Shown here piece after piece: positions 11,645-21,412 of a DNA stretch of 64,000 nt. Made by a program: the position numbers and the translations under genes. The DNA lies in assembly GCA_965222425.1 (NCBI GenBank), contig CBDCTW010000008.1:178248-242247 (forward strand), read 5' to 3'. Below the pieces are notes generated by a model, which searched no databases, was not told the DNA's origin, and saw nothing but the letters and a program-made list of their open reading frames with translations. This stretch comes from Candidatus Marinacidobacterales bacterium (lineage in GTDB: Bacteria > Acidobacteriota > Vicinamibacteria > Marinacidobacterales > DATDRI01). How positions within the stretch are numbered: position 1 is the stretch's first letter; every line of letters starts with the position of its first letter.

Positions 11645-12225
11645 CTAGAAAACGAGTTGAGGGAAGAACCCCAGCCACATAAAGCTCGCCCACCAACCCA
11701 TCTCCGGGAATCCGGGGGGGATGGCGTCGTAGTGAGTGCCCCACGATCCGTGCATGGCCAGGGCCATAATGAGGACCACCGGAAGACGTGCGCCCAACCC
11801 GTAAGCAAGAACCGTCTTGAAAAACTGCGGCCAACCGAGATATTGGAGGCCCGCGGTCAGTGCAGCGAGCAACCAGATGAACCCCAGCGCCCCAAGGAAA
11901 TTCTTTTGAACGAGAAACGCCTGAACGGGACCACCGGCCAGGAGAAGGAAGAAATCGATCGCGGCGAAGCCGATCGCCCTTCCCCAGCTCGAAGGACCAT
12001 CGCCGTTTTTGGCGAGGTGTAAAGCGAAATAGATTCCGAAGATCGGTGCCAGCCAGGTGATGCCGATAACCGCCCCGACCCCCCCCGCCTCCGGATTAAA
12101 AAAAAGGTCGACCAGCTGAGAAGCTCACCCGTCAAACGCCAAAGCGTGATGACCAGACTGATGAACACGGGGACGATCACGAGCCGGATGGTGGGCGAGC
12201 CGCCGCCCAAGGCCGCCTGGTCCAT
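11645..12225 (-). CDS. Polytopic membrane protein of unknown function, frameshifted within C8 and A8 homopolymer runs.
   Basis: The N-terminal frame MDQAALGGGSPTIRLVIVPVFISLVITLWRLTGELLSWSTFF ends near 12079-12115. The true frame continues as ...GAVIGITWLAPIFGIYFALHLAKNGDGPSSWGRAIGFAAIDFFLLLAGGPVQAFLVQKNFLGALGFIWLLAALTAGLQYLGWPQFF.... Confidence 0.4.
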
Positions 12226-12306
12226 GGTCCCTCCTAGTCCTCCTCAGCCTAGCACGCGGGCTACACCTATCCTGTTAGATGAGACGGGATCGAGTGGAAA
12301 AAGTTC

Positions 12307-14655
12307 CTACTTTCCCTGGGAGAGTGGAATCGTTTTCTCCACCGGAGCTAGGCATCGAGCGTCGTCACACGCTTGGTAAACGAGCCGAAGGCCGGACTCG
12401 CCCGAGTCGACCTCGCCGCGGATCGAGACCGAGCCGCTGTACACGGAAAGCGCCGTATCAGAAAAAGAGAAGTTGAAGATCTCGCCCTCTGGGTAACGAA
12501 CGTTCCGTACTTTTCCTTGGACCTCGGTAGGTATGAGGTACTTGAGTGAGGGCGGATTGGCGTTGATGTGCCAGCCCTCACGGACCGTGAGGCGAAGCTC
12601 GAAGGACCTCCAACCCGCGGCGTTACTCTCCGCTTCATCCAAGACGAGCTTCGTCCTCACCAACTTCTTCGCAAGCTGCGCCGGCGATTCTGGTTCCTGC
12701 TTCTTCGGTGGGTCTTGTTGGAAAGACATGGAAGTCACCGTGGCCGGAGCCTCACCACCACGATGATATCGGTCGAGCGCCAGTGCCATGGTGGGCGCAT
12801 TAGCCCTTTCTTCGAGCTCCGACCCGAAGGCCTTCATCGCGGCCTCTGCGCGTTGCCGGTAAACGGGTTTTCCGGTGTGCTCGGCGAGGCTCAGAAGCGC
12901 GAGAGTGGCGACGCCGTTTCCCGACGGGATGGCACTATCGAAGATCGTCTTCGATTGAAACAGGAGATGGGGATTGCCTTCGCTCAGGAAATAGCCGCCG
13001 CTCGGATCGCGCAGGCGCCGCTCCATCTCCTCCGCGGTGCGCTCCGCCGACTCGAGCCAGCGCGCATCCCCGGTGGCCTCGTAGAGCGCGATCAACCCCT
13101 TCATGAGAAAAGCGTAGTCATCGAGGAAGGCAAAAATCTTGGCCTTGCCTCCACGCCATGCGTGTAAGAGCGTTCCGTCTTCGTCTTTTAGGTTTTCCAG
13201 GAGGAACGTCGCGGCACTTCGGGCCGCTTCCAGATAACGCGGCTCGCGCAAAAGAAGGCCACACCGGGCCATGGCGGCGATCATCATCCCGTTCCAATCG
13301 GTCAGCACCTTGTCGTCCACGAAAGGGAATTTTCTCTCGGCCCGTATTTCCCGGAGGCGATTCAAATGCGGTTCCATCCTGTCGAGGAGCTCCTCGCGGC
13401 TCGACCCGCTCCGCTCCGCGTGTGCGGCGAGCGTGTCGGTGAGGTAAAGCGTGTATTTCTCGCCCTCGAAGTTCGGCTCTCCACCGAAACCGAAAATGGG
13501 AGCGAGCAAATCGTACCCATCTTCTCCGAGCGCTTGTCGAAGTTCTTCACCGGTCCAGACATAATAGGCGCCTTCTTCGGCATCCGTTTCAGCGTCGATC
13601 GCGGACTTGAAACCGCCGCCCTCGAGGTGCATCTCGTGCAGGATGAAATCCATCGTGCCTCGGGCAAGGCGGCCGAGCTCGCGATCGCCGGTTGCGCGGG
13701 CGGTTAACGCGAGGAGCTCTGCTAGGTGGGCGTTGTCATAGAGCATTTTCTCGAAGTGGGGAATTCGCCACTCGGCGTCCAGCGTGTAGCGATGAAAGCC
13801 GCCGTCGAGTTGATCGTAGATGGCACCTTGACCCATCTTGAGGAGGGTCTCGATGACCATGCGACTGGCCTCGGCATCACCGGTTTCGGCCCGGTCCCAC
13901 AACAGAAAGAGGTTGGAAGGAGAAGGGAATTTGGGTGCCCCGCCGAAACCGCCGTTGGTTTCATTGAATCGCTTTTTCAGATTTTCAACAACTCTTTCCG
14001 AGCTATTCACGGAGGGCACAATTGGGGCCGGCTGTCGCTTATCGGCGATGATCGAGCGCATGGCTTCCGAAAGCTTTTCGGCGGATTTTTCGACGTCCTC
14101 GCGTTTAGTTGTCCAAAGTTCTTGAATACGGTTCAGCACCGTCGGGAAGCCCATTAGCCCCCCACGATCCTCCGGAGGGAAATAGGTTCCGGCGAAGAAC
14201 GGCTTCAACTCCGGCGTGAGAAATACCGAATTAGGCCATCCACCGCTCTGACGTATCAACTGGGTGGCCATCATATAGATCTCGTCGAGATCGGGTCGTT
14301 CCTCTCGGTCTACCTTGATGCTGATGAACCATTCATTCATCAACTTGGCGATCTCGGGATTCGAGAATACCTCACGCTCCATCACGTGGCACCAATAGCA
14401 GGTGGAATAGCCGACCGACAGAAAAATGGGCTTGTCTTCTTTTCGCGCCTTCTCGATGGCTTCATCTCCCCACGGATACCAATCGACCGGGTTGTGCGCA
14501 TGGAGCAAGAGGTAGGGGCTGGACTCGTTGGCGAGGCGGTTGGTCGGCCCGTCGGCTTCGTGTGGGAGGGGCGACTCTAGCTCGGACTGCGACTGCGCTT
14601 GGCAGGTGAAAAAGGTCATGGACAGCAAAGCTGTCATGAGTCCGCGTGATCTCAT
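12307..14655 (-). CDS. Thioredoxin-domain protein of the DUF255/YyaL family (about 783 aa) with a signal peptide and an extra C-terminal domain.
   Basis: [74 protein letters not shown] at 14653-14655 ([16 protein letters not shown]...). Confidence 0.75.
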   Translation of the reverse strand: MRSRGLMTALLSMTFFTCQAQSQSELESPLPHEADGPTNRLANESSPYLLLHAHNPVDWYPWGDEAIEKARKEDKPIFLSVGYSTCYWCHVMEREVFSNPEIAKLMNEWFISIKVDREERPDLDEIYMMATQLIRQSGGWPNSVFLTPELKPFFAGTYFPPEDRGGLMGFPTVLNRIQELWTTKREDVEKSAEKLSEAMRSIIADKRQPAPIVPSVNSSERVVENLKKRFNETNGGFGGAPKFPSPSNLFLLWDRAETGDAEASRMVIETLLKMGQGAIYDQLDGGFHRYTLDAEWRIPHFEKMLYDNAHLAELLALTARATGDRELGRLARGTMDFILHEMHLEGGGFKSAIDAETDAEEGAYYVWTGEELRQALGEDGYDLLAPIFGFGGEPNFEGEKYTLYLTDTLAAHAERSGSSREELLDRMEPHLNRLREIRAERKFPFVDDKVLTDWNGMMIAAMARCGLLLREPRYLEAARSAATFLLENLKDEDGTLLHAWRGGKAKIFAFLDDYAFLMKGLIALYEATGDARWLESAERTAEEMERRLRDPSGGYFLSEGNPHLLFQSKTIFDSAIPSGNGVATLALLSLAEHTGKPVYRQRAEAAMKAFGSELEERANAPTMALALDRYHRGGEAPATVTSMSFQQDPPKKQEPESPAQLAKKLVRTKLVLDEAESNAAGWRSFELRLTVREGWHINANPPSLKYLIPTEVQGKVRNVRYPEGEIFNFSFSDTALSVYSGSVSIRGEVDSGESGLRLVYQACDDARCLAPVEKTIPLSQGK

Positions 14656-14698
14656 TTGGAATCCTTTGTGATCGAAAACGAGAGCGCTCCCTGTCATT

Positions 14699-15151
14699 TT
14701 AACGTACGCCACCCGAGCGAACCAGTGTTCGAGTCGAGATGGCTCCGAGGGCCAGGGCGGCAAGTATCCAGAAAGGCCACAACGGCTGTAGGAACAAGCC
14801 CCAGAGGAGCAAGACGCCAACTGCTACGAGCCCTGCCAATCGGAAGCTGGTGTAAAGAATCATTACCCGCCGCGAGTCGACGATCAACAAGAAGTCGGTC
14901 GGCAGCCACACGAGCAAGAGCTCGTTATAGCGGAGCTCGGCAAGTGGAGAGATGGCCGCTAGCAACACAAGGAGGACACCGACGGTTCCGGAGAGAGCTC
15001 CGAACACGAACCGAAGCGCGCGGGATGCAGCGGGCGTCCCCAACACGATGAGCAATGCGCTCCCCAAGCCGATTCCCAGCGCCAGTCCCCGACGGTGAGT
15101 GACGAGCCATACCACGGGCCATGCCCCAGGCCATGCCCTGCCTTGGTGCAC
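14699..15151 (-). CDS. Hydrophobic membrane protein of unknown function. Its 5' end runs into the left inverted repeat of the IS5-family element, so it is possibly disrupted.
   Basis: Four or five predicted transmembrane segments. The start of the ORF lies inside the IS inverted repeat (15139-15156). Confidence 0.3.
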   Translation of the reverse strand: MHQGRAWPGAWPVVWLVTHRRGLALGIGLGSALLIVLGTPAASRALRFVFGALSGTVGVLLVLLAAISPLAELRYNELLLVWLPTDFLLIVDSRRVMILYTSFRLAGLVAVGVLLLWGLFLQPLWPFWILAALALGAISTRTLVRSGGVR

Positions 15152-16225
15152 AACTCGCGATCTCGGTCCACAATTGTCCTGTACTCGCGGATACGATGTT
15201 CCCCATGAGCATTTTCAAACGCACTCAGCGGAAGTATGTGAAGAAGGCCTATCGCGTGAGGAATTGGCGTGAATATGAGGCGGGTCTACGCAACCGCGGG
15301 AGCCTGACCGTCTGGGTCTCGCTCACCGCCGGCAAGCTTGTGAACTGGGACGCGCCCCGGCCGAGGAGGAGGAAACCGGGCCGTCAACGCAAGTACTCGA
15401 ACCACGCCATCGAGACGGCTGTCACCCTGGGCATGGTGTTTCATCTGTCGTCTAGGCAGAGCGAGGGATTGCTGCGGTCGTTGTTCGCTCTGATGAAGCT
15501 AGACAATGATGTGCCCGATCACACCACGATCTTGAGGCGCAAGGCGAAGCTGGGTAAGGTCCCCTTCTACCAAGACAAGCAGAAGACGCCGTTGCACATC
15601 TTGATCGACAGCAGCGGTCTCGCTGTCCACGCCGGCCAGCTGCGCAGAGCACAAAAGAGCAGGGACTATCGCAAGCTCCATCTGTGTGTCGACGAGCAGA
15701 GTGGCGAAGTCATCGCCTGCGAGCTGACCAGCAAAAGAGCCCGCGATTCATCGCGGGTTGCATCGCTTGTCGGACCGATCGACACTCCCATCTCATCGGC
15801 CAGAGCTGACACCGCATACGACGCCAGCGGCGTCTATGAGGCAATCGAGAATCACAGCGCTCATCGCTCGCCGAGGGTGCTGATACCGCCGCGCAAGGGC
15901 GCCCAGCTCGCATCGGGGCCGGCGAGCCGCCGACAGCGTAATCGCAACATTGCAGCACAAGCTCGGCTCGGCAAACGAAAGTGGCACACAGAATCGGGCT
16001 ACAGCAAACGGAGCAAAGTCGAGACAACGTTCCATCGCTACAAGGCTATCGTGGGCTCAACAATGCGAGCGAGAGGGTTGGCGGCACAGAGAGTCGAGGC
16101 AAGGATCGGGTGCAAGATTCTCAACACCATGACGGCGCTCGGGATGCCTGATAGCAAGATGATCGGATGATGGGAGTCGGGGCCAAGCGAGCTCTCGGCC
16201 TCTATCGGAGTTGTGCACCAAGGCA
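15139..16225 (+). mobile_element. IS5-family insertion sequence (about 1087 bp).
   Basis: Perfect 18-bp terminal inverted repeats, TGCCTTGGTGCACAACTC at 15139-15156 and GAGTTGTGCACCAAGGCA at 16208-16225. No clear target duplication found. Confidence 0.75.
15196..16170 (+). CDS. IS5-family (DDE_Tnp_1) transposase.
   Basis: MFPMSIFKRTQRKYVKKAYRVRNWREYEAGLRNRGSLTVWVS...HAIETAVTLGMVFHLSSRQ.... Confidence 0.75.
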   Translation: MFPMSIFKRTQRKYVKKAYRVRNWREYEAGLRNRGSLTVWVSLTAGKLVNWDAPRPRRRKPGRQRKYSNHAIETAVTLGMVFHLSSRQSEGLLRSLFALMKLDNDVPDHTTILRRKAKLGKVPFYQDKQKTPLHILIDSSGLAVHAGQLRRAQKSRDYRKLHLCVDEQSGEVIACELTSKRARDSSRVASLVGPIDTPISSARADTAYDASGVYEAIENHSAHRSPRVLIPPRKGAQLASGPASRRQRNRNIAAQARLGKRKWHTESGYSKRSKVETTFHRYKAIVGSTMRARGLAAQRVEARIGCKILNTMTALGMPDSKMIG

Positions 16226-16255
16226 CCGAAGCGTGAGGTTTGGGGCCGTCCCGTC

Positions 16256-17074
16256 CTGTGCCAAAACTCGGCCCTTTTGAAATAGGCCATAAATCAGCAG
16301 CTTAGTGTTTGTGTTTGCGACCGTGCCAAGGGCCGCAGGCTCTACAATCGTCTTGGGCGGACGGGTCGTCACCATGCAGAAGACCACGTAGGCGAGAGCG
16401 AATATCCAAGCGTGTTCCTGAATCTGTCGCAGCGATAGCGCCCCCATGAGCCTTGATGAAGGTGCTCCACGGCATACTCTTGCTCCGCTCCGGGGCAGGC
16501 GCGATACCGTGCTCGGCGAGGGCCCCCTTGATGGTGTTGCGCCCAAGTTCATATCCGAGGTTCTTGAGTGCGCCCTGCAGGCGCGTATATCCGCATGTCG
16601 GGTTCTCCCGTGCCACACGTACCATGAGCTCACGGACGTCTTTCGCCGTGGGAGGTCGGCCTGGACTCCGATTCTTGGTGCCATCGTACTTGGCTGCGAT
16701 GAGGTAGCGGTACCAGCGCAGCAGCGTAGCGGGTGTGGCAACGGACGCAATCTCGGCCAGCACCCAGCGGCCCAAGGCCTGGGCCTTGACGGCGAGCCTA
16801 CGCCGGTCGTCGTCGGAGAGCCTGAGACGTTTGCCCCGAACCCGGCTCGGAGCACACGGTTCTCCTCTCGCAGTTAGTCAATCACGTCCTGCTGCTGGCG
16901 GTTGACATAGCCAGAACGAGCAGTAAGAATTGCACATGGTACGTCATGATGGAGCTGAAGATAACACCCTCGGGCCAGACGATTGTAAAGCCCACGGCCC
17001 TTGACCTAGTCGCAAAACACAGACTCTAAGTGCCTGATTTATGGCCTATTTCAAAAGGGCCGAGTTTTGGCACA
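16256..17074 (-). mobile_element. Internally deleted, non-autonomous derivative of the IS481-like element ISx. Both termini are present and only the N-terminal third of the transposase survives.
   Basis: TGTGCCAAAACTCGGCCC... at 16256 and ...GGGCCGAGTTTTGGCACA at 17074. The interior jumps from near the right end (..GTTCCTGAA) directly into transposase codons (TCTGTCGCAGCGATAGCGCC...). Compared against the intact copy at 50485-51902. Confidence 0.7.
16302..16775 (-). pseudogene. ISx transposase fragment (helix-turn-helix N-terminal region only).
   Basis: [83 protein letters not shown]... matches residues of about 70-210 of the ORF at 50608-51678. Confidence 0.7.
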
Positions 17075-17202
17075 GGACGGGGTGTGGCCTGGGATTACTT
17101 GAACGACGCCCGCTAGGCTTTACTCACCAACTTTCCATTGACGTTTGACAACACACCCTAGTCTGGAACTAATCGGCTACTTGGTTAATACGGGAGGGAT
17201 CT

Positions 17203-18486
17203 ATGCCACCATCGGTCTTCCCCACCGGGGTCACCATCTACCGGCCCGAGGAAGCCTACAACTGTTTCGTGTTGCACGAAGGACGAGACGCGAGGTCGTA
17301 TCTCATCGACATGAACGGGAACGACGTCAAAGTCTTCGATTATCCTGGCTTCCCGGCGGAGATGATAGAGCCCCGACTCGCCAAGGGTGAGCGTGGTCAC
17401 GTACTTCTTCAAAAGGAGCCCGAGAGAAGTAGAAACAAGACGTTGTTGGAAGTGGATTGGGACGGCAACATCGTGTGGGAGTGGGGGAAGAAGGCGCCCG
17501 GGGGGTTGGCTCTCCAGAACCACGACCTGGCCCGACTGCCCAATGGCAACACGCTCGTTCTCTCCTACATTAGCCTGGGCGGACCAGAGGCCGAGCTCGG
17601 CCAGACCCGAATTCGCGGCCAGGCCATCTACGAGGTCAACCCGGACGGAGACGTGGTGTGGCAGTGGCTCCCGTCTGAGCATCCGGATTGGGCGGTGCTT
17701 TCCAATGAGGCGAAAGAACTGGTCCAGAATGGTCGGGTACGGGCGAGATCCTTGTTTCTGGGTTTCAATACGATATCTCCTCTTGGCCAGAACAAATGGT
17801 ACCGGGAGGGCGACGAGCGGTTTCATCCGGACAATATTTTCGTGTGCTCTCCGGGGTGGAATTTCATTGGGATCATCGAGAAAAAAACGGGAGACTTCGT
17901 CTGGAGCATGGGTCCCGACTACCCCGGCGCTCACGATTATTCCCAGAGCAGCTTCAGCGGAAAGCTGCCCCGGCCGGTGGACCAGCTTTCCTTTCAGCAT
18001 GACGTGCACTTGATTCCCGAAGGATCGCCGGGAGCAGGAAACGTGCTCGTCTTCGATAACGAGGGGCCGGGTGGGGTTCCGCCGTTTTATTTAGAGCTCT
18101 TTCAAGGCTCGAGGGTGTTGGAGCTCGATCCCATCACCAAGGAGATCGTCTGGCAGTACGACGCATCGTCTTCCCAACAACCCTACTGGAACTTCTTCAG
18201 CCCCATCATCAGTAGCGCGAGGAGACTACCCAACGGGAACACCCTGATCGACGAGGGCACTCACGGGAGAGTCTTTCAGGTCACTCCTGACGGCGAGATC
18301 GTTTGGGAGTACGTCAACCCTCACTTCGGGAGACACACCGGTATCCGCCATCAAGAGGAAGCGCAGATGATGGTCAACTGGGTCTTCCGGGCCCAGCCCG
18401 TGCCTTATGATTGGGTGCCGGAAGGGACGCCGCACTCGGAAGATCCGGTGATCCCACCCAAAGTGTCAGACTTCCGTATCAAATAG
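17203..18486 (+). CDS. Arylsulfotransferase (ASST) family beta-propeller protein.
   Basis: Repeated LPNGNTL motifs and overall similarity to the ASST family. ATG at 17203. Confidence 0.6.
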   Translation: MPPSVFPTGVTIYRPEEAYNCFVLHEGRDARSYLIDMNGNDVKVFDYPGFPAEMIEPRLAKGERGHVLLQKEPERSRNKTLLEVDWDGNIVWEWGKKAPGGLALQNHDLARLPNGNTLVLSYISLGGPEAELGQTRIRGQAIYEVNPDGDVVWQWLPSEHPDWAVLSNEAKELVQNGRVRARSLFLGFNTISPLGQNKWYREGDERFHPDNIFVCSPGWNFIGIIEKKTGDFVWSMGPDYPGAHDYSQSSFSGKLPRPVDQLSFQHDVHLIPEGSPGAGNVLVFDNEGPGGVPPFYLELFQGSRVLELDPITKEIVWQYDASSSQQPYWNFFSPIISSARRLPNGNTLIDEGTHGRVFQVTPDGEIVWEYVNPHFGRHTGIRHQEEAQMMVNWVFRAQPVPYDWVPEGTPHSEDPVIPPKVSDFRIK

Positions 18487-18500
18487 CGAGAGGCGATCCG

Positions 18501-19442
18501 ATGGACCGAAGGACGTTCTTGAAAGAAGCGGCCGTCTTCTCCACCGCCTTGTCGGCACCGTCAGCTCTCAGTCGCAGCGCGGAGGCTCTTGGATCGTCCA
18601 AAAGCTTGGTGGCGATCGAGCTCGTTGGAGGCTCGGACGGTTTGAATACGGTCGTCCCCTACACGAACCCCGACTATTACGCCGCCCGCCCCAAGCTGGC
18701 TATCCCGGCTAAGAAAGTGCTCAAATTGACAGACATGTTCGGGTTCCACCCTGCTCTGGCACCTCTGCGGGAGCTTTACGACCGGGGCGATGTGGCGATC
18801 GTCCATGGAGTCGGCTACCCCAACCCAAGCCGCTGTCATGTGAGATCGGGATCGATTTGGCACACCGGATGTCTCGACGGCAGTAATGGGAACAGTGACT
18901 GGTTCCAGGACTTTCCGAGTGCGGCGGTCCGCACGAACCAGACGCTAGGAGCCACGTTGAGTCACGTGGTTGGCGCCCTGCGCGCCGACTCGCCGGCAAA
19001 GATCTTCCACGTGAGGATGAAGGGGTTCGATACTCACGCAAACCAGGCGGAGACGGAAAATCCCGAGCGGGGTATACACGCCAATCTTCTCGCTAGACTA
19101 GCCTGGGAAATCAAGGCCTTCTGGGACGACGTTCGAGCGCTCCGGAAACAGAACGAAGTGCTGGTCATGACGCTGAGCGAATTCGGGCGTCGGGTTCGGG
19201 AAAACGCCACCGCCGGAACCGATCACGGAACTGCCAACCAAATGTTCCTCATCGGAGGCTCGGTGAAGCCCGGCTTTCATGGGAAGCATCCCGGGCTGGG
19301 GAAGGATGAAACCGATCTGGTGGGCGATATGGTTCACACCGTGGATTTTCGAAGTGTCTACTCCACGGTGCTTGCCCGTTGGCTGGGTGGGGATCCGATT
19401 GCCACTAGGGGCGAGCCTTTCAGACTCCTCGATTTCGTGTGA
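18501..19442 (+). CDS. DUF1501-family protein with a twin-arginine (Tat) signal.
   Basis: MDRRTFLKEAAVFSTALSA...GYPNPSRCHVRSGSIWHTG...GTDHGTANQMFLIGG. Confidence 0.65.
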   Translation: MDRRTFLKEAAVFSTALSAPSALSRSAEALGSSKSLVAIELVGGSDGLNTVVPYTNPDYYAARPKLAIPAKKVLKLTDMFGFHPALAPLRELYDRGDVAIVHGVGYPNPSRCHVRSGSIWHTGCLDGSNGNSDWFQDFPSAAVRTNQTLGATLSHVVGALRADSPAKIFHVRMKGFDTHANQAETENPERGIHANLLARLAWEIKAFWDDVRALRKQNEVLVMTLSEFGRRVRENATAGTDHGTANQMFLIGGSVKPGFHGKHPGLGKDETDLVGDMVHTVDFRSVYSTVLARWLGGDPIATRGEPFRLLDFV

Positions 19443-19555
19443 GGTCGACGATCTTGCCTCGCATCATCCGCTTCGGTTTGCGGCAACGCGTCCGGCCGAT
19501 ACTCCGGCAGCTCGACATTTTAACTTGAACCGTCATGTCCACCATCACATCGACC

Positions 19556-20211
19556 CCCGTCCTGTGCCAAAACTCGGCCCAGCCGGCATCAATGCAAGAA
19601 CTGCGGCTCTTGAAATCAGGCAAAACTCCAGCATACGAACAGGTTACGCGGCGGCCACCAACACTTGACTGCGGAAGCACACATCGGTGGAGCGGTTGCG
19701 TGTCCTTCATCGTTATTACTAGTGGGCACCCTGAGCATCAGCGGGGGAACCGTCTGGCGCAGTGGGCTTCTGCTCAGGCTTCATCGTCGTCCTGTGCCAA
19801 AACTCAGCCCTTTTGCGTCATCTCCGAAAATGCGAACGGAGCCGAAAGCCCGAATCTTGGAGGTGTTGTCGAAATTCGCGGAGACCCGCCGACGCGCGGA
19901 TGAATAAATAGAAGGCACAACCCCTCTATCACCACTATCCGCCCTATGCTTCCCGTCATCACTCCATTTCGGGCGGTTTCCAACCCTGATCCCGTCTTGT
20001 GCCAAAACTCGGCCCTTTGGAATAGACCGCAAATCAGCAGCTTAGACGCCCTTGGAATCCGCGCAGAATCCAGGGTATTTCGCGCCGCAGGACTGGCTTC
20101 CGACCCCTGGGCTGCGGGTGGCGGGCGACAGGCCCACCGGGGGTGCGCACGGCTGGCTCAAATCGGCTGCGGGGCGAGCTGCAGGCAACGAACTGCGCAC
20201 CCGGAAGAAAT
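19556..20211 (+). repeat. Mosaic of IS-end fragments. It contains a 25-bp ISx left end (19556-19580) and a 126-bp chimeric MITE-like unit (TGTGCC...GGCACA) at 19798-19923. That unit is an ISx-type end fused to a family-D interior and a family-E end. The mosaic also contains a 215-bp F-type repeat at about 19992-20211.
   Basis: Hand alignment of the ends against 50485-51902, 26304-27655, 43947-43975 and 63578-63795. Confidence 0.6.
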
Positions 20212-20556
20212 ACGTATCCGACCGCGATGCCAGATTCAAGCAGCCCTCGGAAAGGTGCAAACTGCTGACCCGCTGGGCGTTCGAGTATTTTGACCAGACG
20301 GCGCGGCGTTCACTCTCTCGAAGCGGCGCCTGGCGCTCGTCCGGTGTGTCGTCGCGGCGGACCAGCCGACCGCCTGGCAGGGCCGGGCCGAGCTCGTGGC
20401 TCAAGGTGCGAGGGTGCCGGAGAAGGTAGAGCTCCCGTGGCTGGCGGCTTGGCTCATACCGGATTTAGGGGACGCGCTTGAGGTCTTGGACTGGCTCGGG
20501 GACGCCGAGAGGTGCATCGCCGTGGGCACTCCTAGGATGGCGGAGTAGGGCCGACG

Positions 20557-20823
20557 ATGAACGATGACTACAAAGCCGACCTAGATCGGTTCTTGGACGA
20601 AAGGCAATCTGATGAGGACTTCGCTAAGGCTGACAAGAGAGAGCGTGAGCACGAGGCGAAGCTGCTGATCGATAAGGCATATAAGGGGTTGTCCAAAATG
20701 TTCCCCGTCGATCAAGTGGTAGAGCTAATACCAACGTGTAACTTCTTTGAAGAATTGGGCTTCACTATCGAAGAGGCGCGGGGGCTCGCTATTTCACATC
20801 TGAACGACAAACGGGATGAGTGA
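20557..20823 (+). CDS. Small acidic hypothetical protein (88 aa) in a local low-GC patch.
   Basis: MNDDYKADLDRFLDERQSDEDFAKADKREREHEAKLLIDKAYKGLSKMFPVDQVVELIPTCNFFEELGFTIEEARGLAISHLNDKRDE. No recognisable family. Confidence 0.3.
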   Translation: MNDDYKADLDRFLDERQSDEDFAKADKREREHEAKLLIDKAYKGLSKMFPVDQVVELIPTCNFFEELGFTIEEARGLAISHLNDKRDE

Positions 20824-21299
20824 ATTGACTGACTGGCACATGATCGGCTTTTGGGCTGGCTCTCTGATCGCGGAAACGGTGCGGATTATAGGTTCGTGTA
20901 TCGCCTGGGCGATCCTCCTCGCTGGATAGACTTTTTGTGGAGCACAACCAGTCGGGCGTATGGCGTGCGGCGGGTCACTGTGTAGTAATCCTCGATGAGC
21001 TCACTCTGGAAAAAACTTCGGTTCGTGAGAGAAAGGTCAGATAGAGTAACGATGACCGGGGCTGCCACCTATCTTCAACTGGCCCCGGGACATCACCGAT
21101 ACCAGGTTTATATCGATGTCTATGAAGACGGCTCTGCTCAGAACGACACTGAAACAATGGAGATATATCGGCCTAATCACGGGAATCACGCTGGGCCTGC
21201 TTTTGGTGGGATTTCTCAACCTTCCTGACAGGCACCGTCCGGCATCCGATTTTCCGTTTTCTCGAGCCGCGGTTTGCCGAAGCGCGGCGGCATATCAGA

Positions 21300-21412
21300 G
21301 TCTACGAATGCATAGCTTGTCACACGGAGCCCCAAGGTGCGCCGCGAGCTGGGCGTTTCCGAGCGCCGTGCGTGCCGGGTGCTGAAGCAGCCTCGCGCGA
21401 CGCAGAGGTATG
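21300..21412 (+). pseudogene. Remnant of an IS3-family OrfB N-terminus, cut off by IS256 copy A.
   Basis: ...VRRELGVSERRACRVLKQPRATQRY is the typical IS3 OrfB helix-turn-helix start. It ends at the IS256 target duplication. Confidence 0.4.

Noticed and set aside
19420-20540. Multiple 60-125-aa ORFs across the IS-end mosaic (19535..19903, 19946..20293, 20042..20404-, 20052..20429, 20290..20481)
   Set aside because: They translate IS terminal repeats and GC-rich filler into low-complexity peptides. The same sequences recur as non-coding IS ends elsewhere in the window.
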